From: a virus
Lineage: Duplodnaviria > Caudoviricetes
Reading direction: 5' to 3' (one strand)
IMG/VR virus record: IMGVR_UViG_3300005326_000096
Span: 1-34,680 of that record
DNA: 34,680 bases
The translations under genes and the position numbers were made by a program. Shown here piece by piece: positions 23,115 to 32,281 of this stretch. Positions within the stretch are counted from its first letter, which is position 1, and every line of letters starts with the position of its first letter. The notes under the pieces were generated by a model. It made no database searches. It was given only the letters and a program-made list of their open reading frames with translations, and was not told the origin of the DNA.

Positions 23115-23207
23115 CTTACCCCACTTCACAATAACATAAAAATAATGATAAAATAAGCGTAGGCTATATATGCCTACGTTTTTTTATGTTTATAAAGAGG
23201 TGAAATA

Positions 23208-24803
23208 ATGATAACTACCGCAGAATTAGTAGACAAAATCTTTGCATTTTGTGAAGCGTATGCTTATGGTAATACAGGAAAAAGTTTCTTTCCTTATCAA
23301 GCACAATTCGCAAAAAGAATTATAAGAAGTATGTTAGAAAATGATGGGGAAGAAATTTCTGCACTATTTAGTAGACAGTCAGGTAAGTCTGAAACTGTTT
23401 CTATTATTGCAGGGGGAATGTCTATAATTCTCCCAATTTTAGCTAATATGCCTATGTTCTTAAATGATAAGAGATTAATGCCTTATCGTACAGGACTAAT
23501 GATTGGTATATTTGCTCCTGCCCTTCATCAAGCGCAAATTTCTTTCGTTCGTATTAAACAGTATATGGCAACAGACAGTGCAGACGAGATATTTAATGAC
23601 CCTGATATTAACGCAGTATTTGATACTAATAATGGACAGAACGTAGTAATACGTTTAGCTAATATTAATGTATCTTCTGTAATTACTTGTATGTCAGCTT
23701 CCGAGGGAAGTAATATTGAGGGAAAATCGTACCATTTAATTATTATAGATGAAGCACAAGATGTAAGTAACTTTAAATATTTAAAATCTATTTCTCCAAT
23801 GGGTGCTTTCTACAATGCCACAAAAATTCTAATTGGGACACCAACAACTCAAAAAGGATTTTTCTTTGAAGCAATCGAGAGAAATATGAAAGACCATGAA
23901 GCAGGAACAAGAAAAAGAAACCATTTTCAGTATAATTATGAAACAGTAAGCAAGTATAACCCTAATTATGCTAAATACATTGAAGGGGAAAAGCGCAGAC
24001 TTGGAGCAGATAGTGATGAGTTCCAGATGTCCTATAACCTTAAATGGTTATTTGAACGTGGTATGTTTGTTGATGTTGATAGACTAGAGAGACTTGCTTG
24101 CCATGAAATTGGAAGAACTATTTTTGATAAATCTAAACCTCATGTAGCAGGAATAGATTTGGGCAAAAAATCAGATAGCACTATTGTTACAATAGGAGAA
24201 GTTGATTGGGATAACCCTGTTATAGCACAGGTTTCTAATGACCCTAATGTACCTGATTATATTGTTTATGATGTTTGTGTTAAGGATTGGCTAGAGATTC
24301 AAGGAGATAACTGGGAAGATCAGTTCCACCAGATTATTAGCTACCTTTCTAACTTTGATGTTAAGAGAATTGTTGTAGATGCCACAGGAGTAGGAAGTCC
24401 AATGGCTGATAGATTAATGGTAGCAACAGATGCAGAAGTTATTCCTTATGTATTTTCAACTTCTGCTAAGTCTGAAATGTATAAGCACTTTGACAGTCAA
24501 ATTAAACAAGGAAGATTCCACTACCCTGCAAATGAGGATACTAAAAGCACTATTGAATACCAAAGATTTGTAGAGCAGATGCTTAACTTAACTAAAGAGT
24601 ATTCTGGACAAAATATGGTTTGTAGACACCCTGATGTACGTGGAGCGCATGATGATTACCCAGATAGTGCAGGATTAATGTGTTGGGCGGCAAAGGGAGA
24701 GGGAGTTTCAAAGCCTACTACTGAACTAGATAACCCTTTCTTAATGAAAAATTCTAGTAGTTTTTATAATTCAAGAAACAGAGTAACCGCAAGAAGAAGA
24801 TAA
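23208..24803 (+). CDS. terL: terminase large subunit
   Basis: Walker A SRQSGKS, Walker B IIIDEAQD, nuclease motifs GIDLG, VVDATG and HDDYPD. Confidence 0.92.
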   Translation: MITTAELVDKIFAFCEAYAYGNTGKSFFPYQAQFAKRIIRSMLENDGEEISALFSRQSGKSETVSIIAGGMSIILPILANMPMFLNDKRLMPYRTGLMIGIFAPALHQAQISFVRIKQYMATDSADEIFNDPDINAVFDTNNGQNVVIRLANINVSSVITCMSASEGSNIEGKSYHLIIIDEAQDVSNFKYLKSISPMGAFYNATKILIGTPTTQKGFFFEAIERNMKDHEAGTRKRNHFQYNYETVSKYNPNYAKYIEGEKRRLGADSDEFQMSYNLKWLFERGMFVDVDRLERLACHEIGRTIFDKSKPHVAGIDLGKKSDSTIVTIGEVDWDNPVIAQVSNDPNVPDYIVYDVCVKDWLEIQGDNWEDQFHQIISYLSNFDVKRIVVDATGVGSPMADRLMVATDAEVIPYVFSTSAKSEMYKHFDSQIKQGRFHYPANEDTKSTIEYQRFVEQMLNLTKEYSGQNMVCRHPDVRGAHDDYPDSAGLMCWAAKGEGVSKPTTELDNPFLMKNSSSFYNSRNRVTARRR

Positions 24804-24816
24804 GGAGAGTGATTTA

Positions 24817-26448
24817 ATGGCTATTACAAGAGGAATGTTTGCAAATTTTAGTACAGGATACAGTGTAGTAAACCCAAACTTAATTGCATTTGAGGAAATG
24901 TTAAACGCGGAAGATGTTCAGCGTATTAGAAAATATATGTTGAATTGGAGTTTCTATGATGGTTTCCATTGGGAGCAAATAGATGCTTCTGATAAACCAG
25001 AAGTAACACAAAACTGGTGCAGAAGATTTGTAAATAAATTTGTGTCAGCAGAGTTTAATGGAGGAATATCTTTTAAGTTTGATGAAAGTGTAGAAGATGT
25101 GGTACTTCCATATCTAAATGATATTTGGGAAGATAATAAAAGAGACATGTTTCTACAAGAGATTGGACAATTAAAATCTGTAACAGGTGATGCCTATATT
25201 CATGTCCATTTTGAACCAAAATATAATGAAGATGGATCATTAAACCCTGATTTTGAAGACCCATTTGATATGTATGAAAAGGGCAGAACTAGATTATTTC
25301 TTGTACCTTCTAGTATTTGTTTTCCAACTTTTAAAGATGGATATGATACAAATGCAATGGAAAGTTGTACTGTTATGTTTCCAATTAAACAACAACCAAC
25401 AGTGTTTGGATTAACAAATGCAAATAAGTATAAAATTATGAAGTATAAATATACTAGTAGTCTTATTGAAGTATGGGAAGGAAAAGAGTTAAAAGATAGC
25501 TACCCTAACCCATACGGAGTAATACCAATAGTTCATGTTAAGAACCTACAATTAGCAGGAAGACATTTTGGTCTATCTGACTTAGATGATATTATTCCTT
25601 TAAATACTGAGTTAAACTTAAAGAGTGCAGATATTTCTGAGATTCTTGAATACCACTCTGCCCCTCTTACTATTGTTAGTGGTGCTAGAGTTAGCCAGTT
25701 AGAAAAAGGAGCAAATAAAATTTGGGGAGGATTACCTAAAGATGCTAAAGTTTATAACTTAGAATTAGACAGTGATCTTCAAGCGGCTCAAAATTACAAA
25801 AGTGATATTAAAACTTCAATGCACGAAGTTGGAGGAATACCAGAGTTTGCATTAGGTGGAGGAAAAGTTCCTAGCAATTTAAGTGGAATAGCCTTACAAA
25901 TTGCTTTTATGCCTTTACTCGATATTATAAATAGTAAGCGAATGATTACAGAGGAAGCAATTAAAAGAATTAATTCCATTATAATCAAGATAGGATTAAT
26001 TGAAGGTTTAATTTCAATTCCAGATGGAGTTAAAACTATGAAATTCTATAAGCATGATGTAGTATTTGGAGAAATTCTTCCTAAAGATTTAGTAATGGAA
26101 TTAGAACAACTTCAACAAGAATTTAAACTTGGATTAGTAACAAGAGAAGATGCTCTTAAACGATTGAAGAAGGACAATATTCAAGAGACTATTACTAAAA
26201 TTGACGAAGAACGTAAACAATACCCAATGATTTCTGGATTAACACCAGTTATGGTTGGAGCAGGACAGAAATTAGTAAGTCCTGAGAGTGGGGAAGTTAT
26301 TATTGACAACCCTGCCCCAATTCTTCCTACCACAGGGGAAACCCCAAAATCGGAAGATAAAAGTAAACCAGTAGGAACTAACAAAGAAGGAAAGGACATT
26401 AAAGTGAATTCTGGTTTAACTAATAAAAACCCTGGTAAAAAAGATTAA
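24817..26448 (+). CDS. portal protein
   Basis: Follows terL; 543 aa; NPYGVIPIVH, GLSDLDDII and NLSGIAL patterns typical of SPP1-like portals. Confidence 0.85.
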   Translation: MAITRGMFANFSTGYSVVNPNLIAFEEMLNAEDVQRIRKYMLNWSFYDGFHWEQIDASDKPEVTQNWCRRFVNKFVSAEFNGGISFKFDESVEDVVLPYLNDIWEDNKRDMFLQEIGQLKSVTGDAYIHVHFEPKYNEDGSLNPDFEDPFDMYEKGRTRLFLVPSSICFPTFKDGYDTNAMESCTVMFPIKQQPTVFGLTNANKYKIMKYKYTSSLIEVWEGKELKDSYPNPYGVIPIVHVKNLQLAGRHFGLSDLDDIIPLNTELNLKSADISEILEYHSAPLTIVSGARVSQLEKGANKIWGGLPKDAKVYNLELDSDLQAAQNYKSDIKTSMHEVGGIPEFALGGGKVPSNLSGIALQIAFMPLLDIINSKRMITEEAIKRINSIIIKIGLIEGLISIPDGVKTMKFYKHDVVFGEILPKDLVMELEQLQQEFKLGLVTREDALKRLKKDNIQETITKIDEERKQYPMISGLTPVMVGAGQKLVSPESGEVIIDNPAPILPTTGETPKSEDKSKPVGTNKEGKDIKVNSGLTNKNPGKKD

Positions 26449-26471
26449 AAAAATTAAAAGTTTTTCGGTAA

Positions 26472-26572
26472 AGTCACTTGTTAGAAATGGTATTTTGATT
26501 TACAATAGATAACGAGTAGTAAATTAATTATGATTTTTTAAGTCATATTAATCAATTTTCTAACAAGTGACT
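26472..26572. repeat. perfect 16-bp inverted repeat pair around a putative promoter
   Basis: AGTCACTTGTTAGAAA (26472-87) / TTTCTAACAAGTGACT (26557-72); TTGTTA-17 bp-TACAAT. Confidence 0.8.
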
Positions 26573-26593
26573 AAAATTAAGGAGGAAAATTAA

Positions 26594-26758
26594 ATGGCTG
26601 AAAAGGATTTATTTCATGGAACTGGTAATAGTACATTAGCAGATATGAAAACTGCAATGGGGCTAAAAGACAATACTGGGACTAATAAGTATGCTAAACA
26701 AAGCAAAGCACCATTCCTACCTACTACTAAAGTGGTAAAAGACGGATGGAGTAAGTAA
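26594..26758 (+). CDS. 54-aa protein in the head module (not in ORF track)
   Basis: AAGGAGG RBS; MAEKDLFHGTGNSTLADMKTAMGLKDNTGTNKYAKQSKAPFLPTTKVVKDGWSK*. Confidence 0.65.
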   Translation: MAEKDLFHGTGNSTLADMKTAMGLKDNTGTNKYAKQSKAPFLPTTKVVKDGWSK

Positions 26759-26789
26759 TTTAATTACCCACACAGGAGGATAAAAATAA

Positions 26790-27509
26790 ATGGATGATGT
26801 AATTGTGGATGAGAACTTAGAAAAAGACAAAACATTAGAAACGACAGGAAACACTACTAATGATGGAAAACTTTTTGATCATGAGGATTTAGCAAAGGCT
26901 CGTGCAGATGAGAAGAATAAACTTTACCCTCAAATTGAAAAGTTAAAAGCAGAAGTTGTTAAACTTAGTGATAAACTTAGTGCTAATCTCCTTTCGATTT
27001 CTGAAAAAGAAGATGCGATCAAAGAAAAGGATACTAAAATATCTGAACTTGAAGCAAAAATTTCTAAATTAGATGAGAAAGGGGCAGAACAAAAAGTGTC
27101 TGATAAATTAGTTAAAGAATTACAAACCAAATTAGATGAAGCCTTAAAACTATTAGGTGATAAGGAATCAGAAGTTGCAGAAATTAAACTATGTGCTTAT
27201 AAAGCGGAGAAGATTAAAGACCTTGATGAAAGCGTAGTTGATTTAGTTACAGGTAATACCGAAGCTGATATTGATGCTTCTATTGAGAAAGCCAAAGCAA
27301 TTTTTGAGAAAGTTTCTGCTAAATTTGCAGATAAAAAAGTAGATACTTCTGCCCAAACAAAATCTACTTTGCCAAAGGTTAATCTTTCTACAATAAATGA
27401 AAATACGTTTAAAGATGTAAAACCAGAGGATATTATGACTCTCGATGTTAAGACAGCAGAGGGACGTAAAGCGTGGCAGGAAATGAAAGCCCGAATGGGA
27501 ATGAAATAA
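26790..27509 (+). CDS. capsid scaffolding protein
   Basis: Charged coiled coil directly upstream of the capsid gene. Confidence 0.75.
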   Translation: MDDVIVDENLEKDKTLETTGNTTNDGKLFDHEDLAKARADEKNKLYPQIEKLKAEVVKLSDKLSANLLSISEKEDAIKEKDTKISELEAKISKLDEKGAEQKVSDKLVKELQTKLDEALKLLGDKESEVAEIKLCAYKAEKIKDLDESVVDLVTGNTEADIDASIEKAKAIFEKVSAKFADKKVDTSAQTKSTLPKVNLSTINENTFKDVKPEDIMTLDVKTAEGRKAWQEMKARMGMK

Positions 27510-27533
27510 TAAATTATTAAGGGAGATGAATAG

Positions 27534-28532
27534 ATGTCAAATTTAATTAATACCGTAGTTTCGACTGCTACTGGTTTAGCAGGTGGAGATAGTGTACAAT
27601 TAACTAACCATGTACGTGCTGTTTATAGTAAGGAAATTGAATTTTATGCAATGCCTATTATGAAGTTCATTCAGTTTGCTAAAGTAAAAACTGAGTTAGG
27701 AACTCAACCAGGTCTTACTATTCAAATGATGACTTACAACAACCTAACTAAAGGTGGAGCGTTAACAGAGGGTGTTCGTATGGGAACACAAGCATTGTCA
27801 AGCACAATGAAGTCTATTACTATTGGAGAGCGCGGAAACGCTGTTGCAGTAACAGAATTAGCACTTCGTGTTAGTTTTACTGATGTTATGGCGGATGCTG
27901 TTACTCTTTTAGGAAGAGATATGGCTCTAGTGTTGGATTGCGAACTTCGTGATACTGCTCTTACTGGTGGAGTTGGAACTTCTGTAATTTATGGACGTAA
28001 AACAGGGGCGGCTAAAGTTTCTTCAAGAGGAACAGTTGCAGTAGGTGCTAATGAACTTAGCGTTGCTACAATTAAAGATGCTGTTGAAATTCTTGCTACT
28101 GCTAATGCGCCTAAATTCGGAGGAAACTACTACATTTGTATGGTTCACCCTCACCAAAGTAGAACTTTGCGTGATGATAGTGCATGGATTGAAGCTAGTA
28201 AATATGGTGCTCCAGAGCAATTATTCACAGGAGAAATTGGACGTATTGATGATGTTCGTTTCATTGAAACAACATTAATGTCAAATGGTGCTTGTGCTAC
28301 TACTGATTTAGCATATAAAGCGGCTCTTGATGGAACTGGTGCTACTGGTGCTGATATTTACCAAGCAATTGTAATGGGAGAAGATTATTTCGGTTATGCA
28401 GTTGGACTTCCAGTTGAATTGCGTGATAATGGAGTAACTGACTTCGGAAGAGAACACCAACTTGGATGGTACGCTATCTGGGGAACAGGTATTCTTAGTG
28501 CTGATAGAGCAGTTGTAATTGAAACTGCCTAA
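27534..28532 (+). CDS. major capsid protein (N4-gp56-like family)
   Basis: 332 aa; ALTEGV, YICMVHP, LFTGEIGRIDDVRFIET, DFGREHQLGW patterns; position after scaffold. Confidence 0.88.
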   Translation: MSNLINTVVSTATGLAGGDSVQLTNHVRAVYSKEIEFYAMPIMKFIQFAKVKTELGTQPGLTIQMMTYNNLTKGGALTEGVRMGTQALSSTMKSITIGERGNAVAVTELALRVSFTDVMADAVTLLGRDMALVLDCELRDTALTGGVGTSVIYGRKTGAAKVSSRGTVAVGANELSVATIKDAVEILATANAPKFGGNYYICMVHPHQSRTLRDDSAWIEASKYGAPEQLFTGEIGRIDDVRFIETTLMSNGACATTDLAYKAALDGTGATGADIYQAIVMGEDYFGYAVGLPVELRDNGVTDFGREHQLGWYAIWGTGILSADRAVVIETA

Positions 28533-28546
28533 TAAATAATAACCTT

Positions 28547-28585
28547 AAAGGTTGAGGGTAATATTCTTGCCTTCAACCTTTTTTT
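28547..28585 (+). terminator. intrinsic terminator after the capsid gene
   Basis: AAAGGTTGAGGGTAA/TTGCCTTCAACCTTT plus T run. Confidence 0.75.
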
Positions 28586-28614
28586 ATAATAATAAAGTAA
28601 GGGGAGAAAATAAA

Positions 28615-28857
28615 ATGGCTAAAAATGATAAAGCAAGTGCTAATGTAGAAGTTGCCACTGTAGTAGTAGAGGAAAAAGCGGAAGTATTAGTTATTGAACC
28701 TGTAGCAACCGAGAAGAAAGTCAAAATTAAACTTAAAGTTTCTTTTAGACAATATATCGGGGATAAATGGTATGACTTTGTTGCAGGAGAGGAAAGAACA
28801 GTTCCAGAGCATATTAAAGAAATGCTTCAAGAAAGAGGAGCATTAGACGTTTTATAA
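28615..28857 (+). CDS. small head-associated hypothetical protein (start ATG 28615)
   Basis: AAGGGGAG RBS before MAKNDK... Confidence 0.7.
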   Translation: MAKNDKASANVEVATVVVEEKAEVLVIEPVATEKKVKIKLKVSFRQYIGDKWYDFVAGEERTVPEHIKEMLQERGALDVL

Positions 28858-28870
28858 GGAGTGATTTACT

Positions 28871-29596
28871 TTGGCAATTTTAGCTGATTTAAGCACATTT
28901 CTAAAAAGTAGTATTTACACTCCACAGATGGAAGCTGACCCTTCCTATATTGCTATTATTGCAGATGTTGATAATATTTTTAAGCAAGTAGTAAAGGAAA
29001 TGGAATATTCCGCAGTAGAAGATGTACCTTCTAAAGATGAGGGATTTTTAATTCTCTTAGCTAAGAAGGAAGTATACTGGAGATTAGCAATGGCTACTGC
29101 TCCAAACTATGATTTAGAAACTGAGTTTACAAAGTTAGTAAAGTCTAAAAGATTTGACCACTATTTTAAACTTGTTGCTCAGATTCAACTTGAAATTGAT
29201 AAAGCACTACCTTCTATAAGTGTGGCTGATGTTACACTAAGAAGCAGGGAAGGAAGTATGAGAAATTATAACCTTGCTAAATCAATTACAACTGGGATAA
29301 CTGTTAGTGGTATTACCCAAAACTCTGTTAACCTTGATTGGATAGCTTATGACATTGCCAAAGGGACATTCGTTTTATATGATGTTTTAATTAGCAAAGT
29401 ACCCATCTATGATGAGTATTCTGACCCTATAGTGGATTATGGAAAAGCGGAACAGAGAATTACTCTTACAGATGTTAAGAGAACAAAATACAGAGTGATT
29501 AATTTAACAGCGAATACAACTTACTATTTAACTCTTGTTTATAGAGCATTAAGTGGAGTTTATTATACTAGTGAAGATTTTACTACTTTAGCATAA
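28871..29596 (+). CDS. putative head-tail adaptor with C-terminal fibronectin type III domain
   Basis: Position; FN3 pattern ITVSGITQNSVNLDW...YRVINLTANTTYYLTL...FTT. Confidence 0.6.
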   Translation: MAILADLSTFLKSSIYTPQMEADPSYIAIIADVDNIFKQVVKEMEYSAVEDVPSKDEGFLILLAKKEVYWRLAMATAPNYDLETEFTKLVKSKRFDHYFKLVAQIQLEIDKALPSISVADVTLRSREGSMRNYNLAKSITTGITVSGITQNSVNLDWIAYDIAKGTFVLYDVLISKVPIYDEYSDPIVDYGKAEQRITLTDVKRTKYRVINLTANTTYYLTLVYRALSGVYYTSEDFTTLA

Positions 29597-29606
29597 GGAG
29601 GACATA

Positions 29607-30038
29607 ATGTTACAAAGTGATATAGATTACCTTTCTCAGGGTATTTCAGAAATGTATGCAGAACTTGGGACTTTAAAATATGTTCCTCTATTGCAAAGTA
29701 GTAATGTTACTAATCGTTATGGAGAAATTAATCTGCTTTTTGATGAAGCTAACGCTTTTACTGTTTATGGACTTCTTGTTGCAGAAGCAGATAAAGGGAA
29801 AGATTTGGATAGAAAAGACCCACAATCAACTAATAGACAGGATGGAACTATTAAACTAGTTTTTAAAGAAGTCCATGATAAAGGATTGAGAATTAATGTG
29901 GGGGATGCTATTGATGTTTTAAATGAGTACAATGAATATGATAGATATATCATAATGGGACTAGATAAAAAAATTGAAACTCCATTTCTATTAACCAGAC
30001 TTTCCGTAACTAAGAAGTCAAGAATGGCGAGTGAGTAA
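29607..30038 (+). CDS. putative head closure/stopper protein
   Basis: Synteny and size. Confidence 0.5.
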   Translation: MLQSDIDYLSQGISEMYAELGTLKYVPLLQSSNVTNRYGEINLLFDEANAFTVYGLLVAEADKGKDLDRKDPQSTNRQDGTIKLVFKEVHDKGLRINVGDAIDVLNEYNEYDRYIIMGLDKKIETPFLLTRLSVTKKSRMASE

Positions 30039-30040
30039 TT

Positions 30041-30517
30041 ATGAATGTTGAAGATTTAATGAGTCAAATTAGAAGTGCAGTTGATAGAGAATTAGAAAGT
30101 TGTGCAAAAGAACTTTTGGGAAGAGCAAAAACTCTTGCACCAAAAGGAAAAGATGAGATTAGAAAAAGTGATGGAAAAGTAGTTCATACAGGAGGTATGT
30201 TAGAGCAATCTGGATTTGCAGAAGCTAGACATATTAGTTCTGATGTGAGACGATTCGTTGTTGGATTTGATACTCGTAGAACTGATGCAGGATCACAACA
30301 AAAGAACTTCAACTATGCTATTATTCAACATGAAAGACCTACTTCCCACCCACAAGGTACATGGAAATTCCTAGAGACTCCTTATAAAGAGCAAAGAACT
30401 GGATATAAAACCAGAATATCTAAGGCTATTGGAAATAATGGGCTAGGAAAAGTCACACTAAGTGGTGGAGTTACTTTTACTCCAAAATCTGGAGTTAAAA
30501 ATTCAAGAAATTTCTAA
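30041..30517 (+). CDS. HK97 gp10-like neck protein
   Basis: AKTLAP...TGGMLEQSG, NYAIIQHE and KFLETP patterns. Confidence 0.7.
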   Translation: MNVEDLMSQIRSAVDRELESCAKELLGRAKTLAPKGKDEIRKSDGKVVHTGGMLEQSGFAEARHISSDVRRFVVGFDTRRTDAGSQQKNFNYAIIQHERPTSHPQGTWKFLETPYKEQRTGYKTRISKAIGNNGLGKVTLSGGVTFTPKSGVKNSRNF

Positions 30518-30529
30518 GGAGGACTTGCA

Positions 30530-30919
30530 ATGTTAATAGATGATATTGGGGAGTTCCTCCAGAGTAAGGGTATTGCAACTTTGGGGGAAGATATGTACTT
30601 AGGGGAGAAAAGAGATAAACCTAATAACTTAGTAACAATCTTCCCTACAGGTGGATATGCAATGGAACTGCGAATAAAAGATATTAAACCCACTTTTCAA
30701 ATTCTCATAAGAGATGTATCATTTATAAGTGGGTATAAAAAAATAAATGATATTTTTAATTTATTGGATGATGGGGAACAAAAAAGCAAGGTAGTACCTC
30801 CAAGTGGAAGACATATGATTGTTAGAGCAATGCAACCTCCATTTTATTTAAGTAAGGATGAAAATAATAGACACGAATTTGCGTTTAATATTGTAGTGCT
30901 TACTTGCAGGGATTACTAA
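30530..30919 (+). CDS. tail terminator / minor structural protein
   Basis: PTFQILIR...QPPFYLSKDENNRHEFAFN; precedes the tail tube gene. Confidence 0.7.
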   Translation: MLIDDIGEFLQSKGIATLGEDMYLGEKRDKPNNLVTIFPTGGYAMELRIKDIKPTFQILIRDVSFISGYKKINDIFNLLDDGEQKSKVVPPSGRHMIVRAMQPPFYLSKDENNRHEFAFNIVVLTCRDY

Positions 30920-30982
30920 ATTTTGTTCCTAAAATTCATCTTCATAAGTTTAAATTAATTAAATTAAAGGGGGAAAACTTAA

Positions 30983-31549
30983 ATGGCTTTACAAGATACT
31001 GCTATTAAATTAATGGAATTGGATGATGTGGCTATTGCTCAGTTACTAACTGACTCTACTACTGCACCAACTTATTCTACTTCGGTTAACCTAAATGGTT
31101 CAACTAAATTGCAAGTTAGTCCTAAAACAGAGACTAAAAAATTGCATGGTGACAGCCAACTCTTAGACGTTTATCAACGTACTACAGAAGTTGAGATTAA
31201 TGTAGAATTTGCGTTACTTTCTTTACAAGCACTAAAAGTTATGATGGGAGGTTCTTATACTTCAACAGGAGTAACACCTGACCAAACTACAACTTATAGT
31301 CTAAAAGGTACTGATACTGCACCTCCTTACTTCAAATTAGAAGGACGTTGGACATATGCAGGAGAAGGAATTGGGGATGCTCACGTTGTACTTTACAAGT
31401 GCAAAGCAACAGACCTTCCTGACATTGAAATTAATGATGCCAATGGTAACTTTGGAACTGTAAAAATGAAAGGTATTGCATTACCTTGTGTTTCAAATAG
31501 TTCTTGGTTCGATATTGTGTTGAATGAGACTAGAACCGCAATTGTCTAA
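30983..31549 (+). CDS. major tail (tube) protein
   Basis: 188 aa, beta-rich; lies between terminator and chaperone genes; no sheath gene present. Confidence 0.75.
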   Translation: MALQDTAIKLMELDDVAIAQLLTDSTTAPTYSTSVNLNGSTKLQVSPKTETKKLHGDSQLLDVYQRTTEVEINVEFALLSLQALKVMMGGSYTSTGVTPDQTTTYSLKGTDTAPPYFKLEGRWTYAGEGIGDAHVVLYKCKATDLPDIEINDANGNFGTVKMKGIALPCVSNSSWFDIVLNETRTAIV

Positions 31550-31554
31550 TTAAG

Positions 31555-31585
31555 TTGAGGGAATTTATTTTCCCTCAATTTTTTT
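31555..31585 (+). terminator. intrinsic terminator
   Basis: TTGAGGGAA/TTCCCTCAA plus T run. Confidence 0.75.
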
Positions 31586-31586
31586 G

Positions 31587-31615
31587 TTGCATTTTACTCA
31601 AAATACTGGTATAAT
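31587..31615 (+). promoter_or_regulatory. sigma-A-type promoter
   Basis: TTGCAT-17 bp-TATAAT with TG extended -10. Confidence 0.6.
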
Positions 31616-31658
31616 AGTATTGACTAAAAAATAAAACTACGGAGGTTTGAAAATATTT

Positions 31659-31991
31659 ATGGCTTCAAATTTAAAAAAAGTTAAACCAGAGAAAGTTAAA
31701 ATTGTATTAGATAAGACACGTACTCTAGTATATGATTTAAACGCATTTGCGGAATTAGAGGATCAGTTTGGAAGCATTGAAGATGCTATGAAAGCATTGG
31801 AAGGCGGAAAAATTAAAGCTATTATTGCCATACTTTGGGCAGGATTAGTACATGAAGAAGAAACTTTAACTCCTAAACAAGTTGGAAGTATTATTGGATT
31901 AGGTGACTTACAACAAGTAGCAGAAGCATTAGGAAAAGCAATTAATACTGCTTTACCAGAAGTAGAGAGTGGTTCTGAGGGAAAAAACTAA
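31659..31991 (+). CDS. tail assembly chaperone (gpG-like)
   Basis: YDLNAFAELEDQFG...ILWAGL; ends EGKN*; GGAGGT RBS favours ATG 31659. Confidence 0.8.
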   Translation: MASNLKKVKPEKVKIVLDKTRTLVYDLNAFAELEDQFGSIEDAMKALEGGKIKAIIAILWAGLVHEEETLTPKQVGSIIGLGDLQQVAEALGKAINTALPEVESGSEGKN

Positions 31992-32230
31992 AAACCCCCA
32001 ACATTAAAAAAGATGATAATGGGGGATGGGATTGGACTTGGTTCTATTATGTTGGAACAGTAGTCCTAAATATGACTGAATCTGTTTTTTGGAGATGTAC
32101 TCCTATAAAGTTATTTGCCCTATTAGATGCTCATAATAGAGCGAATACACCTGATGAAGAGAATAATGCAAAACCGAAACAAAAAGCAGAAAAATTAACG
32201 TTGGAAGAAGCAATGTCGTGGAAGAGATAA
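31979..32230 (+). CDS. -1 frameshift extension of the tail chaperone (gpGT-like)
   Basis: Slippery G-GGA-AAA / A-AAA-AAC; the -1 frame reads KLKTPNIKKDDNGGWDWTWFYYVGTVVLNMTESVFWRCTPIKLFALL...WKR*. Confidence 0.8.
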   Translation, partial: GKKLKTPNIKKDDNGGWDWTWFYYVGTVVLNMTESVFWRCTPIKLFALLDAHNRANTPDEENNAKPKQKAEKLTLEEAMSWKR

Positions 32231-32281
32231 CTACACGATACCCTCTTCCTTTTTTTATATAAATATATAGGTGGTGAATTT

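Noticed and set aside
14182-24803. Introns or inteins in nrdD, the ligases or terL
   Set aside because: Proteins are of normal length with contiguous motifs, and no intein or homing endonuclease signatures were seen
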